Below, one piece after another: positions 48,679-58,011 of a stretch of 64,000 nt of DNA. The DNA comes from Methyloceanibacter sp. GTDB taxonomy: Bacteria > Pseudomonadota > Alphaproteobacteria > Rhizobiales > Methyloligellaceae. Numbering within the stretch: position 1 is the stretch's first letter; each line of letters begins with the position of its first letter. The notes beneath the pieces are model-generated. The model saw nothing but the letters and a program-made list of their open reading frames with translations, was not told where the DNA came from and made no database searches. The stretch lies in the NCBI GenBank assembly GCA_040901485.1, contig JBBDYM010000038.1:17491-81490 (forward strand), read 5' to 3'. The position numbers and the translations under genes are program-made.

Positions 48679-49416
48679 ATGACTCGGCGCAGGGAAGTGG
48701 GGATCATCAAATCGTTGGTTCTGGGTGCGGCGTTTGCCGCCGCGTTGGCATTGCCCGCGAACGCTCAGGACAAGAAGCTGAATCTTTCGGGGACGGCCGT
48801 CTTAACCACCGACTACATCTTCCGCGGCATTTCCAACTCGGATGAGAATCCGGCGGTGCAGGCTTCATTCGATGCCACATATGGCATTTTCTATGCCGGC
48901 ATATGGGGATCGAATACCGACTTCGGGGACGGCATCGAGCTCGATTACTATGCCGGCATCACGCCCACGTGGAAAAATATCACCTTCGACATCGGCGGCC
49001 TGTACTACACGTTTCCGGGCTTCAACAGCATCGACTATTTCGAGCTGAAGACCGGTGCGCGCTGGACGGGTGGAAACTGGACCCTTGGCGCCATCAACTA
49101 TTGGTCGCCGGACAATTTCGGTCTGGGCGTCGAATCGAATGCGATCGAGGGAGGGGTGAGCTACGCGTTCAGTGGCATGCTCTTCAACTTCTTCTCGCCC
49201 AGCATCAGCGGCTTGATCGGATTTCAGTCTTACGAAGCCGTCGTCCCGGATTATACCTATTGGAACGTCGGCCTTACCCTCGGCTTTATGGAGCGCTGGT
49301 CTGCCGACATACGCTACTGGGATACGGACTATAGCGACGCTGACTGCGCCTTTAACAGCGGCGGGCCTAGCAACTGCGATGCGCGGGTCGTCGGAACTGT
49401 GAAGGCAACGTTCTAA
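48679..49416 (+). CDS. TorF/TIGR02001-like putative outer-membrane porin
   Basis: Signal peptide (ANA-Q), TTDYIFRGIS, PAVQASFD, GIWGSN, ELDYYAG, DIRYWDTD and C-terminal Phe. Confidence 0.85.
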   Translation: MTRRREVGIIKSLVLGAAFAAALALPANAQDKKLNLSGTAVLTTDYIFRGISNSDENPAVQASFDATYGIFYAGIWGSNTDFGDGIELDYYAGITPTWKNITFDIGGLYYTFPGFNSIDYFELKTGARWTGGNWTLGAINYWSPDNFGLGVESNAIEGGVSYAFSGMLFNFFSPSISGLIGFQSYEAVVPDYTYWNVGLTLGFMERWSADIRYWDTDYSDADCAFNSGGPSNCDARVVGTVKATF

Positions 49417-49454
49417 CAAATTTCAGATCTTCCCCAAAAAGCACTTCCCACCTC

Positions 49455-49484
49455 AAAGGGCGCCTTAAGGCGCCCTTTCTTTTT
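49455..49484 (+). terminator. Rho-independent terminator
   Basis: Perfect palindrome AAAGGGCGCC-TTAA-GGCGCCCTTT followed by CTTTTT. Confidence 0.85.
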
Positions 49485-49510
49485 GGCGTATCGGGTAACA
49501 TAGCAGGGCA

Positions 49511-50194
49511 ATGCCCGACGAATCTTCGCGACAGGCCAACGCTGCGCGAGACGGCGCGGCGATCGCTCGCGCGCATGCGATCTACACGCCCGTCATGCTC
49601 TCGGTTTACGATGCGCTGGTCCACGGCCTCTCGAACCGCTTTGCCTGGCGCTGTCCGACACCACGGCTGCTCGGGCTGTACGAAGCTAATCTTTCCGGCA
49701 ATCATCTCGAGGCCGGCGTCGGCACCGGCCTCTTCATCGATCGCGCGGGCGGCGCGAGTTTCGACCGGTTGGCACTGCTCGACATCAATCGCCACTGTCT
49801 CGACCGGGCCGGAAGCAGGCTGGCGCGCTTCAATCCCGTACTCCGCCAAGTCAACCTGCTCGACCCGATCGAGATAGACTCGGCGCCCTTCGCATCGGTC
49901 GGCCTCACTTATGTGTTGCACTGTCTGCCGGGCAGCATGAGCGAGAAGCTCGTGGCGGTCGACCATTTGCGCCCGCTGATGGGTGATGACGCCGTATTGT
50001 TCGGCGCGACCATTCTCGGGCGCGATATTGCACCCAACCTCGCGGCGCGGAGGCTGCTTGCCCTTTATAACGCCAAAGGCGTGTTCAATAATCGCGAGGA
50101 CGATCTTGCCTCCTTGTCGGAAGGATTGCGGGAGCGCTTCCCCAAGGTTGAGGTCGAGACGCAAGGCTTGGTCGCCTTGTTTCGCGCGGCCTGA
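49511..50194 (+). CDS. Class I SAM-dependent methyltransferase
   Basis: HLEAGVGTG motif I, LLDIN, YVLHCLPG and LFGATILG. Confidence 0.85.
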   Translation: MPDESSRQANAARDGAAIARAHAIYTPVMLSVYDALVHGLSNRFAWRCPTPRLLGLYEANLSGNHLEAGVGTGLFIDRAGGASFDRLALLDINRHCLDRAGSRLARFNPVLRQVNLLDPIEIDSAPFASVGLTYVLHCLPGSMSEKLVAVDHLRPLMGDDAVLFGATILGRDIAPNLAARRLLALYNAKGVFNNREDDLASLSEGLRERFPKVEVETQGLVALFRAA

Positions 50195-50334
50195 GACAGA
50201 CCCCGGCCGCATAAGCCATGGGATGGCCATTAACCCGCCGTTTACCCTGCCAAGTTTCGCCCTCCTTCGTTGTTAACCCACGGTAAGGGTAGGGCACTAC
50301 CCTGGGGCCAGGTCCCAATCGTGAGGAGTTTCGC

Positions 50335-51018
50335 ATGCGTAGGCGACTGTTCCAGGCTGTGACTCTTGCCGCCGTGCTTGCCATCGGCGCCACGGCGTCA
50401 AACCCGGTGCTGAGCGCCGACGCCTACGAAAATCTCTACGATGTAGGCCCGGGCCCGCTCGCGCCTCAGAATGTGTTCGAAGGCTGGTATCTCGGCGGGA
50501 CACTGGGCGGCGCCACGGTGAATTACGATTTCTCTCCGGCCTCGGGCGATGTCCGCACCAGCGGCATTCTCGGCGGCGTGGTCGGCGGCTGGAGCTTGCA
50601 GAGCGGTCCCTTCGTCATCGGCATCGAAGGCGATGTCCTGGCCGCCGATATCAGCGGCAGCCGCAATTTCAATGCCGGCCTGAACAAGGTAAGTCCGAGC
50701 ATCGACACCATGGCCGATCTCCGCTTGCGCGCCGGCTATACCATCACGCCGCGCGTGCTGCTATTCGGCACCTTCGGCGGCGCCTGGGCCAATGCCGAGC
50801 TGCCGGTCACCGGGCCTGGCGGCGGCGTGCGCGAGAGAGATTTCTTCGGCTGGAGCTACGGCGCCGGCGCCGAAGTGTCGCTCACGCCGAATTGGGCCGC
50901 GCGCTTCGACTATCAGTTCACCGATTTTGAGTCCGAGACGGTCGGATATCCGGGCGGCCAGACGACTTACGATCCGGATGCCAATACCTTCCGCGGCTCG
51001 CTAATCTATCGCTTCTGA
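50335..51018 (+). CDS. Outer-membrane beta-barrel protein (Omp25/RopB family)
   Basis: Signal peptide ending SAD; FEGWYLG, VIGIEGD, LRLRAGY, GAGAEV and C-terminal YRF. Confidence 0.88.
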   Translation: MRRRLFQAVTLAAVLAIGATASNPVLSADAYENLYDVGPGPLAPQNVFEGWYLGGTLGGATVNYDFSPASGDVRTSGILGGVVGGWSLQSGPFVIGIEGDVLAADISGSRNFNAGLNKVSPSIDTMADLRLRAGYTITPRVLLFGTFGGAWANAELPVTGPGGGVRERDFFGWSYGAGAEVSLTPNWAARFDYQFTDFESETVGYPGGQTTYDPDANTFRGSLIYRF

Positions 51019-51177
51019 CGCTGCTTCCCTGCAACCAATCTGGGCCCAGGGCGCCCCCCGCGTCCGGGGTCGTTCCGGTATTTCTAGACCTTCCTATCCA
51101 ACGGGATAATATGGTCTTGCCGAGCCATGTTGTGACGCAACTTCCATTCCGGGGCAGGCGGATGGAGACGGGGGCAG

Positions 51178-51951
51178 ATGACGGACGGGGCGAGCCCGGT
51201 TGTCGTGGTGGAAAATCCGGAAGGTCCCGGACCGTTCGCGATCGTTTGCGATCACGCCTCAAATCGCATCCCCGAAGCGTGTGAGCCGTTCGGGCTTGCG
51301 GCGGATGTGCTCAGAACGCACATCGCCTGGGACCCCGGCGCGCTGCCGGTGGCGCGGCATCTATCGGCGCGGCTGGATGCGCCGCTTTTCTGGCCGGACG
51401 TGTCGCGCCTCGTCATCGACTGCAATCGTTCGCCGGACGCCGATAGCCTCATTGTCGTGGAGAGCGAGGGGAGGGCGGTGCCCGCCAATCGCGACTTGAG
51501 CGAGGTGGAGCGCACGCGGCGCCTCGACCGCATTCACGCGCCCTATCATGCCGCGATCGATGCATGCCTCAACCGTCGCGATGAGGCGGGGCTTTCGACG
51601 GCGCTCATTGCCATTCATTCCTACACGCCGGTCTATTTCGGCAAGGCCAGGCCATGGCAGGTGGGGATCGTGTTCGGCGAGGACCGCCGCTTGGCCGATT
51701 CCCTGATCCGCGGATTGAAGGCCGACCCGGCACTCACCGTCGGCGTCAACGAGCCGTATGCGCCGGCCGACCAGGTCTATTACACCGTCGAGCGTCATGC
51801 CGGCCCACACCACTTGCCGGCGGCCATGATCGAGATTCGCAATGACGAGATCGGGGATGAAGCCAGCCAGGCCCGTTGGGCCAACCGGCTGGCCGGGATT
51901 CTCGTTGCGGCGGAACGCACTTTGGCCGGGGCCAGCCATGCCGCGGTGTGA
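51178..51951 (+). CDS. N-formylglutamate amidohydrolase family protein (likely gamma-glutamyl hydrolase of this operon)
   Basis: CDHASN, HIAWDPGA, SRLVIDCNR, PYH, IHSYTP, NEPY and IEIRND. Confidence 0.88.
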   Translation: MTDGASPVVVVENPEGPGPFAIVCDHASNRIPEACEPFGLAADVLRTHIAWDPGALPVARHLSARLDAPLFWPDVSRLVIDCNRSPDADSLIVVESEGRAVPANRDLSEVERTRRLDRIHAPYHAAIDACLNRRDEAGLSTALIAIHSYTPVYFGKARPWQVGIVFGEDRRLADSLIRGLKADPALTVGVNEPYAPADQVYYTVERHAGPHHLPAAMIEIRNDEIGDEASQARWANRLAGILVAAERTLAGASHAAV

Positions 51952-52107
51952 AACTTGCATGTGGACTTGGCGCCCACCGGATCCGGCATGACTTGCACGA
52001 ACTAGCGGCACTCACCCAAACGGAACGAATCTTATGCAGCTGGCGACAGGGTTCATGCGCGAAGTGACGGGGCCTTCCACCTCCGACCAGCCGACCGTGA
52101 GGAGGTC

Positions 52108-52620
52108 ATGCCCAAGCCCATAGTCGCCTTCGTCAAAGCGGTCGATGCGGTCAACTACTGGGTCGGCCGCTTCGCCATGTATTTATTCCTCCCGCTGGGC
52201 GCGATCCTGATCTACGCGACATTGTCGCGCCTGCTGGCCGGCATCCCCGTCAACTGGATGATCGAAATGTGCCAGTTCGTGCTGTCGGCCTATTACCTGC
52301 TCGGTGGCCCTTACTCGATGCAGATCAACGGCCATGTGCGGATGGATCTGCTCTACAACCGTCTTTCGCCACGGAAGCGCGCCGCGACCGACGCACTCAC
52401 GATCCTGCTGGTCATCTTCTATCTTGCGGTTCTGTTCCTCGGCGGCATATCGGCGACCGACTACGCCATCGTGTACCAGCAGAGGAACTATTCGTCCTGG
52501 TCGCCGCTCTTGTGGCCTATCAAGCTCATCATGACCGTCGCGATTTTCCTGATGCTGCTTCAGGCGATCGCTACCTTCTTAAAGGATGTGGCAGAGGCGC
52601 GGGGTAAGCCCATCATATGA
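52108..52620 (+). CDS. TRAP transporter small permease (DctQ)
   Basis: Four TM helices and the GHVRMDLLY motif. Confidence 0.92.
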   Translation: MPKPIVAFVKAVDAVNYWVGRFAMYLFLPLGAILIYATLSRLLAGIPVNWMIEMCQFVLSAYYLLGGPYSMQINGHVRMDLLYNRLSPRKRAATDALTILLVIFYLAVLFLGGISATDYAIVYQQRNYSSWSPLLWPIKLIMTVAIFLMLLQAIATFLKDVAEARGKPII

Positions 52621-53942
52621 GCTCCGAATTAATTTCCCTGTTCATGTTCGCCTCGATGATGCTGCTGCTCCTCACGGGACAGCGCGTGTTTGGCATCATC
52701 GGCTTCGTGGGCACAGTCGCCGCGCTCTGGCTGTGGGGCGAGGGCTCGTTCGAGATGCCGTTCAACGCCGCTTTTCAGGTGTTGAATTGGTATCCGCTGA
52801 TCACCGTGCCATTTTTCATCTTCATGGGCTACATGATGTCGGAGTCCGGCATCGCCAGCAATCTTTACCGGATGTTCCACGTCTGGTTCGGGTCGATTAG
52901 CGGCGGCTTGGCACTCGGCACGCTCGGACTCATGGTCCTGATCTCGTGCATCAACGGTTTGTCGGTGGCCGGCATGGCGATCGGCGCCTCCATCGCCCTG
53001 CCGGAACTGCTGCGGCGCCGTTATGACAAAGTCATGGTGACGGGCGTGATCCAGGCCGGGAGTTCGCTCGGCATCCTTATCCCGCCAAGCGTGGTTCTGG
53101 TGCTCTATGCGATGATCGCCCGCCAGCCTGTGCTCCAGCTTTGGCTTGGCGGCGTGGGACCCGGCCTGATGATGGCCGCCATCTTCGGAATCTATATCTA
53201 TATCCGCTGTCGCCTTAACCCGGAACTCGGCCCGGTGCTCTCGGAGGAGGAGCGGGCTCAGATCACATGGCGCGAAAAGATCTCGCTGCTTCGCGAAGGC
53301 ATCATTCCGCTCGCGATCTTCGGCCTCATGATGGGCATGTTTCTGACCGGCGTGACCAGCCTGGTCGAGAGTTCGGCGGTGGGCGCGCTCCTCACCGTGC
53401 TCGCCGCCTTGCTGGAGCGCAAGCTCACGTGGGAGGTCATTGAGAATTCGCTCCGTAAAACGTTGACGGTGACCTGCATGTTCATGTGGATCATCCTCGC
53501 AGCGCTCTGCTTCAGCGCCGTCTATGACGGTCTCGGCGCGGTCAAGGCCATCGAGAGCCTTCTGCTCAACACCTGGGAATTCGATCCCTGGACGATCCTC
53601 ATTCTGATGCTGATCTCGTTCCTCATAATGGGATCGTTCCTCGACGACACCGCCATGCTGGTGATCGTGGCACCCCTCTATATACCCCTCGTTATAAAGC
53701 TGGGCTTCAACCCGATCTGGTTCGGCATCCTCTACACCGTCACCTGCCAGATCGCGTACATCACGCCGCCTTTCGGCTACAATCTCTTCCTGATGCGGGC
53801 GATGGCGCCCCCTGAAATCACGTTGATCGATATTTACCGGTCCATTGTCCCGTTCTTCTTCTTGATGGTGCTTTCCTTGATCATCCTGATGATCTTTCCG
53901 CAGATTACCTTGTGGCTGCCGGAGTACTATGCGGGCAGGTAA
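52617..53942 (+). CDS. TRAP transporter large permease (DctM)
   Basis: PFFIFMG, GSSLGILIPPS and ITPPFGYNLF. Confidence 0.94.
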   Translation: MSSELISLFMFASMMLLLLTGQRVFGIIGFVGTVAALWLWGEGSFEMPFNAAFQVLNWYPLITVPFFIFMGYMMSESGIASNLYRMFHVWFGSISGGLALGTLGLMVLISCINGLSVAGMAIGASIALPELLRRRYDKVMVTGVIQAGSSLGILIPPSVVLVLYAMIARQPVLQLWLGGVGPGLMMAAIFGIYIYIRCRLNPELGPVLSEEERAQITWREKISLLREGIIPLAIFGLMMGMFLTGVTSLVESSAVGALLTVLAALLERKLTWEVIENSLRKTLTVTCMFMWIILAALCFSAVYDGLGAVKAIESLLLNTWEFDPWTILILMLISFLIMGSFLDDTAMLVIVAPLYIPLVIKLGFNPIWFGILYTVTCQIAYITPPFGYNLFLMRAMAPPEITLIDIYRSIVPFFFLMVLSLIILMIFPQITLWLPEYYAGR

Positions 53943-54064
53943 GCAGTCACAACCTAAGTTATAATGAGCGAAAAGGAGGAAGCAGAAGGGCGGGTATTGG
54001 CAGGACGGAAGAGCCGGCATCTGCCGGCGCTTCGACAGGTGGTTTTCAACAGGAGTGGGCGAAA

Positions 54065-55129
54065 ATGACCAAAATTATCAAAGTCAGTAAACGTGAATTT
54101 ATCAAGAAGGCAGGCCTCGTTACCGCCGGCGCCGCGGCAACGACTATTGCGGCGCCCTACGTCAAGGCGCAGAACGCGCCGATCAAGTGGCGACTCCAGA
54201 CCTATGCGGGCCCGGCGCTTGCCGAGCACGTCATCAAGAACTCGATCGACGTCTTCAACAAAGCGGCCAACGGCGAGATGGTGATCGACCTCTATACCGC
54301 CGACCAGCTCGTGCCGCAGGGCGAGCTGTTCCGGGCCGTGCAGGCCGGTACCATCGATGCCGCGCAGAGCGACGACGATTCGGCGGCGGCGCCGGTCGAC
54401 ATCAAAGTATTCGCGGCCTATTTCCCCTTCGCCTCGCGTTATAGCCTCGACGTGCCGGCGCTTTGGGAGTGGTGGGGCCTCAAGCAGATTTGGGAAGAGG
54501 CCTATGCCGAGGTTCCCAATGTCACTTGGCTCAGCACCGGTGCCTGGGATCCTTGCAACCTCTGCAGCACCAAGCCGATCAAGTCGGTCGCGGACCTCAA
54601 GGGCCTGCGAGTCTACATGTTCCCGACCGGTGGGCAGTTCATGCAGCAATTCGGTGTCGTGCCGGTGTCGCTGCCTTATGAAGACGTGCAGCCTGCCATC
54701 CAGACTGGTGAACTCGATGGCGTTTGGTGGTGCGGTATTACGGAGGCCTATACCGTTGGATGGGCCGACGTCACCAAATACTACCTCACCAACAACGTCT
54801 CGGGCGCCTGGGCGGGATCGTATTTCGTCAACACGGAGAAATGGAATGCCGTCCCGGAGCACCTCAAGACGCTGTTCAAGATGTGCATCGACTGGTCGCA
54901 CTATTACCGGCAGCACTGGTATTGGTGGGGTGAGGCGCATTACCGCACCACCGGCGGCAAGCTCGAGTTGACTACGATCCCGGATGACGATTGGAAAACG
55001 GTCGAGGATGCAGCGCCCAAGTTCTGGGACGAGGTCGCCAAGACCAGCCCACGCTGCGCCAAGGTCGTCGAGATCCTGAAGAATTACAACGCCTCGATGG
55101 TGAAGGCCGGCCCGCCCTATCGCTACTAG
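54065..55129 (+). CDS. TRAP substrate-binding protein (DctP), Tat-like signal
   Basis: SKREFIK signal, IKWRLQTY, ADQLVP and DLKGLR; ATG 54065 after AGGAG. Confidence 0.92.
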   Translation: MTKIIKVSKREFIKKAGLVTAGAAATTIAAPYVKAQNAPIKWRLQTYAGPALAEHVIKNSIDVFNKAANGEMVIDLYTADQLVPQGELFRAVQAGTIDAAQSDDDSAAAPVDIKVFAAYFPFASRYSLDVPALWEWWGLKQIWEEAYAEVPNVTWLSTGAWDPCNLCSTKPIKSVADLKGLRVYMFPTGGQFMQQFGVVPVSLPYEDVQPAIQTGELDGVWWCGITEAYTVGWADVTKYYLTNNVSGAWAGSYFVNTEKWNAVPEHLKTLFKMCIDWSHYYRQHWYWWGEAHYRTTGGKLELTTIPDDDWKTVEDAAPKFWDEVAKTSPRCAKVVEILKNYNASMVKAGPPYRY

Positions 55130-55157
55130 ACCGGGCCTCGACTTTGACCCTATGACA

Positions 55158-55189
55158 GAGACTCGCGCGGCACCTTCCGCGCGGGTCTC
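55158..55189 (+). terminator. Intra-operon stem-loop after dctP (mRNA stabiliser or partial terminator)
   Basis: GAGACTCGCGCGG-cacctt-CCGCGCGGGTCTC. Confidence 0.5.
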
Positions 55190-55212
55190 ATTGCTCCAAG
55201 GTAGGGTTCCGC

Positions 55213-56583
55213 ATGGCGGGCGTGCTGATGTTAGAGGATCTGCGGGCGGCTTACGGCCGGGGCGAGATCGACACGGTCGTGGTCTGCTTCCCGGACATGC
55301 AGGGGAGGCTGGTCGGCAAACGCTTCCACGCCGAGTTTTTCCTCGACGGCGCCTATGAGGAGACGCACGGCTGCGATTATCTCCTCGCCAACGACATCGA
55401 TATGGAGCCGGTGCCGGGCTACTCGGTAGCCAATTGGGAGAAAGGCTACGGCGACTTCACGATGAAGCCGGACCTTGCGACGCTCCGACGCATTCCATGG
55501 TTACCGGCTACGGCGCTCGTGCTCTGCGACGTGCTCGATCATCACACGCACGAGGAACTGGCGCATAGCCCGCGCGCGATGCTGAAGAAGCAGATCGCCC
55601 GGCTTGCCGGAATGAACATGTCCTCCTGCTTCGCCTCCGAGCTCGAGTTCTATCTGTTCGACGAAACCTATGAATCGGCCGAGGCGAAGAACTGGAACGG
55701 CCTCAAGACGACCGGCAGCTACATCCAGGATTATCACGTCTTCCAGACGACCAAGGAGGAGGGCGTGATGCGGGCCATCCGCAATGGGCTGCAGGGTGCG
55801 GGCATTCCGGTGGAGAATTCAAAGGGCGAATGGGGGCCTGGCCAGGAGGAGGTGAATGTCCGCTATGCCGATCCGCTCACCATGGCCGATTGGCATGTCA
55901 TCCTGAAGAATGGCTGCAAGGAGATCGCCCACGCCTTCGACAAGGCGCTCACCTTCATGGCCAAATGGCGTTACGACCTGGCAGGCTCGTCGAGCCATAT
56001 TCATGTCTCGCTGTGGGATGTTTCAAGCAAGACGCCGCTCTTCCTCGACCCCAAGGGCGAATACGGCATGTCGCCCCTGATGCGCCATTTCGTGGCGGGG
56101 CAGCTCGCCCATGCGCGCGAGATCACCTGGTTTCTCGCGCCTTACATTAATTCCTATAAGCGCTTCCAGGCCGGCACCTTCGCGCCAACGAAGGCGATCT
56201 GGTCGCTCGACAACCGCACGGCGGGCTTCCGTCTCTGCGGACCGCAGAGTAAGGCCATCCGCATCGAATGTCGTATTGGCGGCGCCGATCTCAATCCCTA
56301 TCTTGCCTTCGCCGCGCTGATCGCCGCCGGGCTTGCCGGCGTCGAACAGAAGTTGGAGCTTGAGCGGCCCTTTGCGGGAGACGCCTATCAGGGCAAGGCG
56401 CTGCGCGAGGTGCCTAAGACCTTGCGCGAGGCGACGGAGTTGATGCGAAACTCGCAAATGCTGCGCGCGGCCTTCAGCGACGAGGTCATCGAGCACTATG
56501 TGCATACCGCCGTATGGGAGCAGTTCGAATATGACCGCCGCATCACGGATTGGGAGCTGAAGCGCGGCTTCGAGCGCTATTGA
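55213..56583 (+). CDS. Glutamine synthetase-like gamma-glutamyl amine ligase
   Basis: DMQGRLVGKR, ELEFY, EWGPGQEE, GSSSHIH, NSYKRF, DNRT and RIECR; GS-like (PuuA-type) rather than GlnA. Confidence 0.88.
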   Translation: MAGVLMLEDLRAAYGRGEIDTVVVCFPDMQGRLVGKRFHAEFFLDGAYEETHGCDYLLANDIDMEPVPGYSVANWEKGYGDFTMKPDLATLRRIPWLPATALVLCDVLDHHTHEELAHSPRAMLKKQIARLAGMNMSSCFASELEFYLFDETYESAEAKNWNGLKTTGSYIQDYHVFQTTKEEGVMRAIRNGLQGAGIPVENSKGEWGPGQEEVNVRYADPLTMADWHVILKNGCKEIAHAFDKALTFMAKWRYDLAGSSSHIHVSLWDVSSKTPLFLDPKGEYGMSPLMRHFVAGQLAHAREITWFLAPYINSYKRFQAGTFAPTKAIWSLDNRTAGFRLCGPQSKAIRIECRIGGADLNPYLAFAALIAAGLAGVEQKLELERPFAGDAYQGKALREVPKTLREATELMRNSQMLRAAFSDEVIEHYVHTAVWEQFEYDRRITDWELKRGFERY

Positions 56584-56598
56584 GGATCTCCGAAAACC

Positions 56599-57981
56599 AT
56601 GTCCGACAACGTGAAGATCATCTCCCCCATCGACGGCTCGGTCTATGCTGAGCGGGCGCTTGCCCGCGATGCCGAGATCGAGGCTGCCGTCACCCGCGCC
56701 CGCGCCGCGCTGCCGGCATGGAGGGCAGTGCCGGTGTCCGAGCGCGCGCGCTACATGCTTACGTTTCTCGACGCGCTTTTGGCGATGAATGACGAGATTG
56801 CCGTCGAGCTTGCCTGGCAGATGGGGCGTCCCGTGCGCTATGGCGGCGAGAAGGGCAGCGTGGAAGACCGCGTCCGCGGCATGGTGGCGCTCGCCGAGGA
56901 GGCGCTGAAGCCCTATTACCCGCCGGAGAAGTCCGGCTTCCGCCGTTACATCACCCGCGAGCCGCTTGGGGTGGTGCTGGTCGTTGCGCCCTGGAATTAT
57001 CCCTATCTCACCTCCGTCAACACCATCGTCCCGGGACTGCTCGCGGGCAGCGCCATTGTTCTCAAGCACGCCGCGCAAACCTTGCTCGTCGGCGAGCGCA
57101 TCGCCGAGGCCTTCAAGCGCGCCGGACTGCCCAAGGGGCTGTTCAGCAACCTCGTTTTGTCGCACGAGCAGACCGAGAAGCTGATCGGCTCGGGCCGCAT
57201 CGATCATGTCGCCTTCACCGGCTCGGTCGGCGGAGGCCGCGCCATCGAGCGTGGGGTGGCCGGCACCTTTGCCTCGACCGGGCTCGAGCTTGGCGGCAAG
57301 GACCCCGCCTATGTGCGCGCCGATGCCAAGCTCGATCACGCCATCGAGAATCTGGTCGACGGCTCGTTCTTCAATTCCGGGCAGTCCTGCTGCGGGGTCG
57401 AGCGCATCTATGTCGATGCGTCTGTGTTCGACGATTTCGTCGAAGGCTTCACCGCGCTCACGCGCCAATATGTGGTCGGCAATCCGCTCGACCAGGCGAC
57501 GACGCTCGGCCCGATGGTGCGCGGTTCAGCCGCGGACACGGTGCGCGCTCAGATCGAGGAGGCGCGGCGCAAGGGCGCCAAGGCTCTGATAAACATGAAG
57601 GTCGAAGGCGACAGTCCCGGCTCGCCCTATCTCGCGCCCGAAGTGCTGATCGGCGTCAATCACCAGATGGATGTGATGCGCGAGGAGAGTTTCGGTCCGG
57701 TGGTCGGCATCATGCAGGTGCGCGACGACGACGAGGCGGTGGCTTTGATGAACGACAGCCCCTACGGTCTGACGGCCTCGATTTGGACACGCGATATCGA
57801 GCGCGCCGCCGAGCTGGGGAGCCGGATCGAAACCGGCACGATCTATATGAATCGCTGCGACTACCTCGACCCGCAACTCGCCTGGACCGGCGTCAAGGAC
57901 ACCGGCCGCGGGGTTTCGCTGTCGAAATACGGCTTCGACACCTTGACCCAGCCGAAGAGCTTCCACCTCCGCGAGGTCTGA
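56599..57981 (+). CDS. Aldehyde dehydrogenase
   Basis: PWNYP, FTGS, LELGGKDP, FNSGQSCC and EESFGP. Confidence 0.95.
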   Translation: MSDNVKIISPIDGSVYAERALARDAEIEAAVTRARAALPAWRAVPVSERARYMLTFLDALLAMNDEIAVELAWQMGRPVRYGGEKGSVEDRVRGMVALAEEALKPYYPPEKSGFRRYITREPLGVVLVVAPWNYPYLTSVNTIVPGLLAGSAIVLKHAAQTLLVGERIAEAFKRAGLPKGLFSNLVLSHEQTEKLIGSGRIDHVAFTGSVGGGRAIERGVAGTFASTGLELGGKDPAYVRADAKLDHAIENLVDGSFFNSGQSCCGVERIYVDASVFDDFVEGFTALTRQYVVGNPLDQATTLGPMVRGSAADTVRAQIEEARRKGAKALINMKVEGDSPGSPYLAPEVLIGVNHQMDVMREESFGPVVGIMQVRDDDEAVALMNDSPYGLTASIWTRDIERAAELGSRIETGTIYMNRCDYLDPQLAWTGVKDTGRGVSLSKYGFDTLTQPKSFHLREV

Positions 57982-58011
57982 CGAACCTCTCCCATCCCGG
58001 AACACGACGAC

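Noticed and set aside
50230-50290. CtrA-like TTAA-N7-TTAA half-matches upstream of the Omp25-like gene
   Set aside because: Both candidates are imperfect; plausible but not supportable by eye.
51944-51959. Sigma54-like GG-N10-GC upstream of dctQ
   Set aside because: It overlaps the upstream stop codon, the -24 element is poor, and no activator site was seen.
55213-56583. Calling the GS-like gene glnA or gmaS
   Set aside because: The sequence and the TRAP/ALDH/ADH/amidohydrolase context fit a catabolic gamma-glutamyl ligase; no mgs or mgd genes are adjacent.
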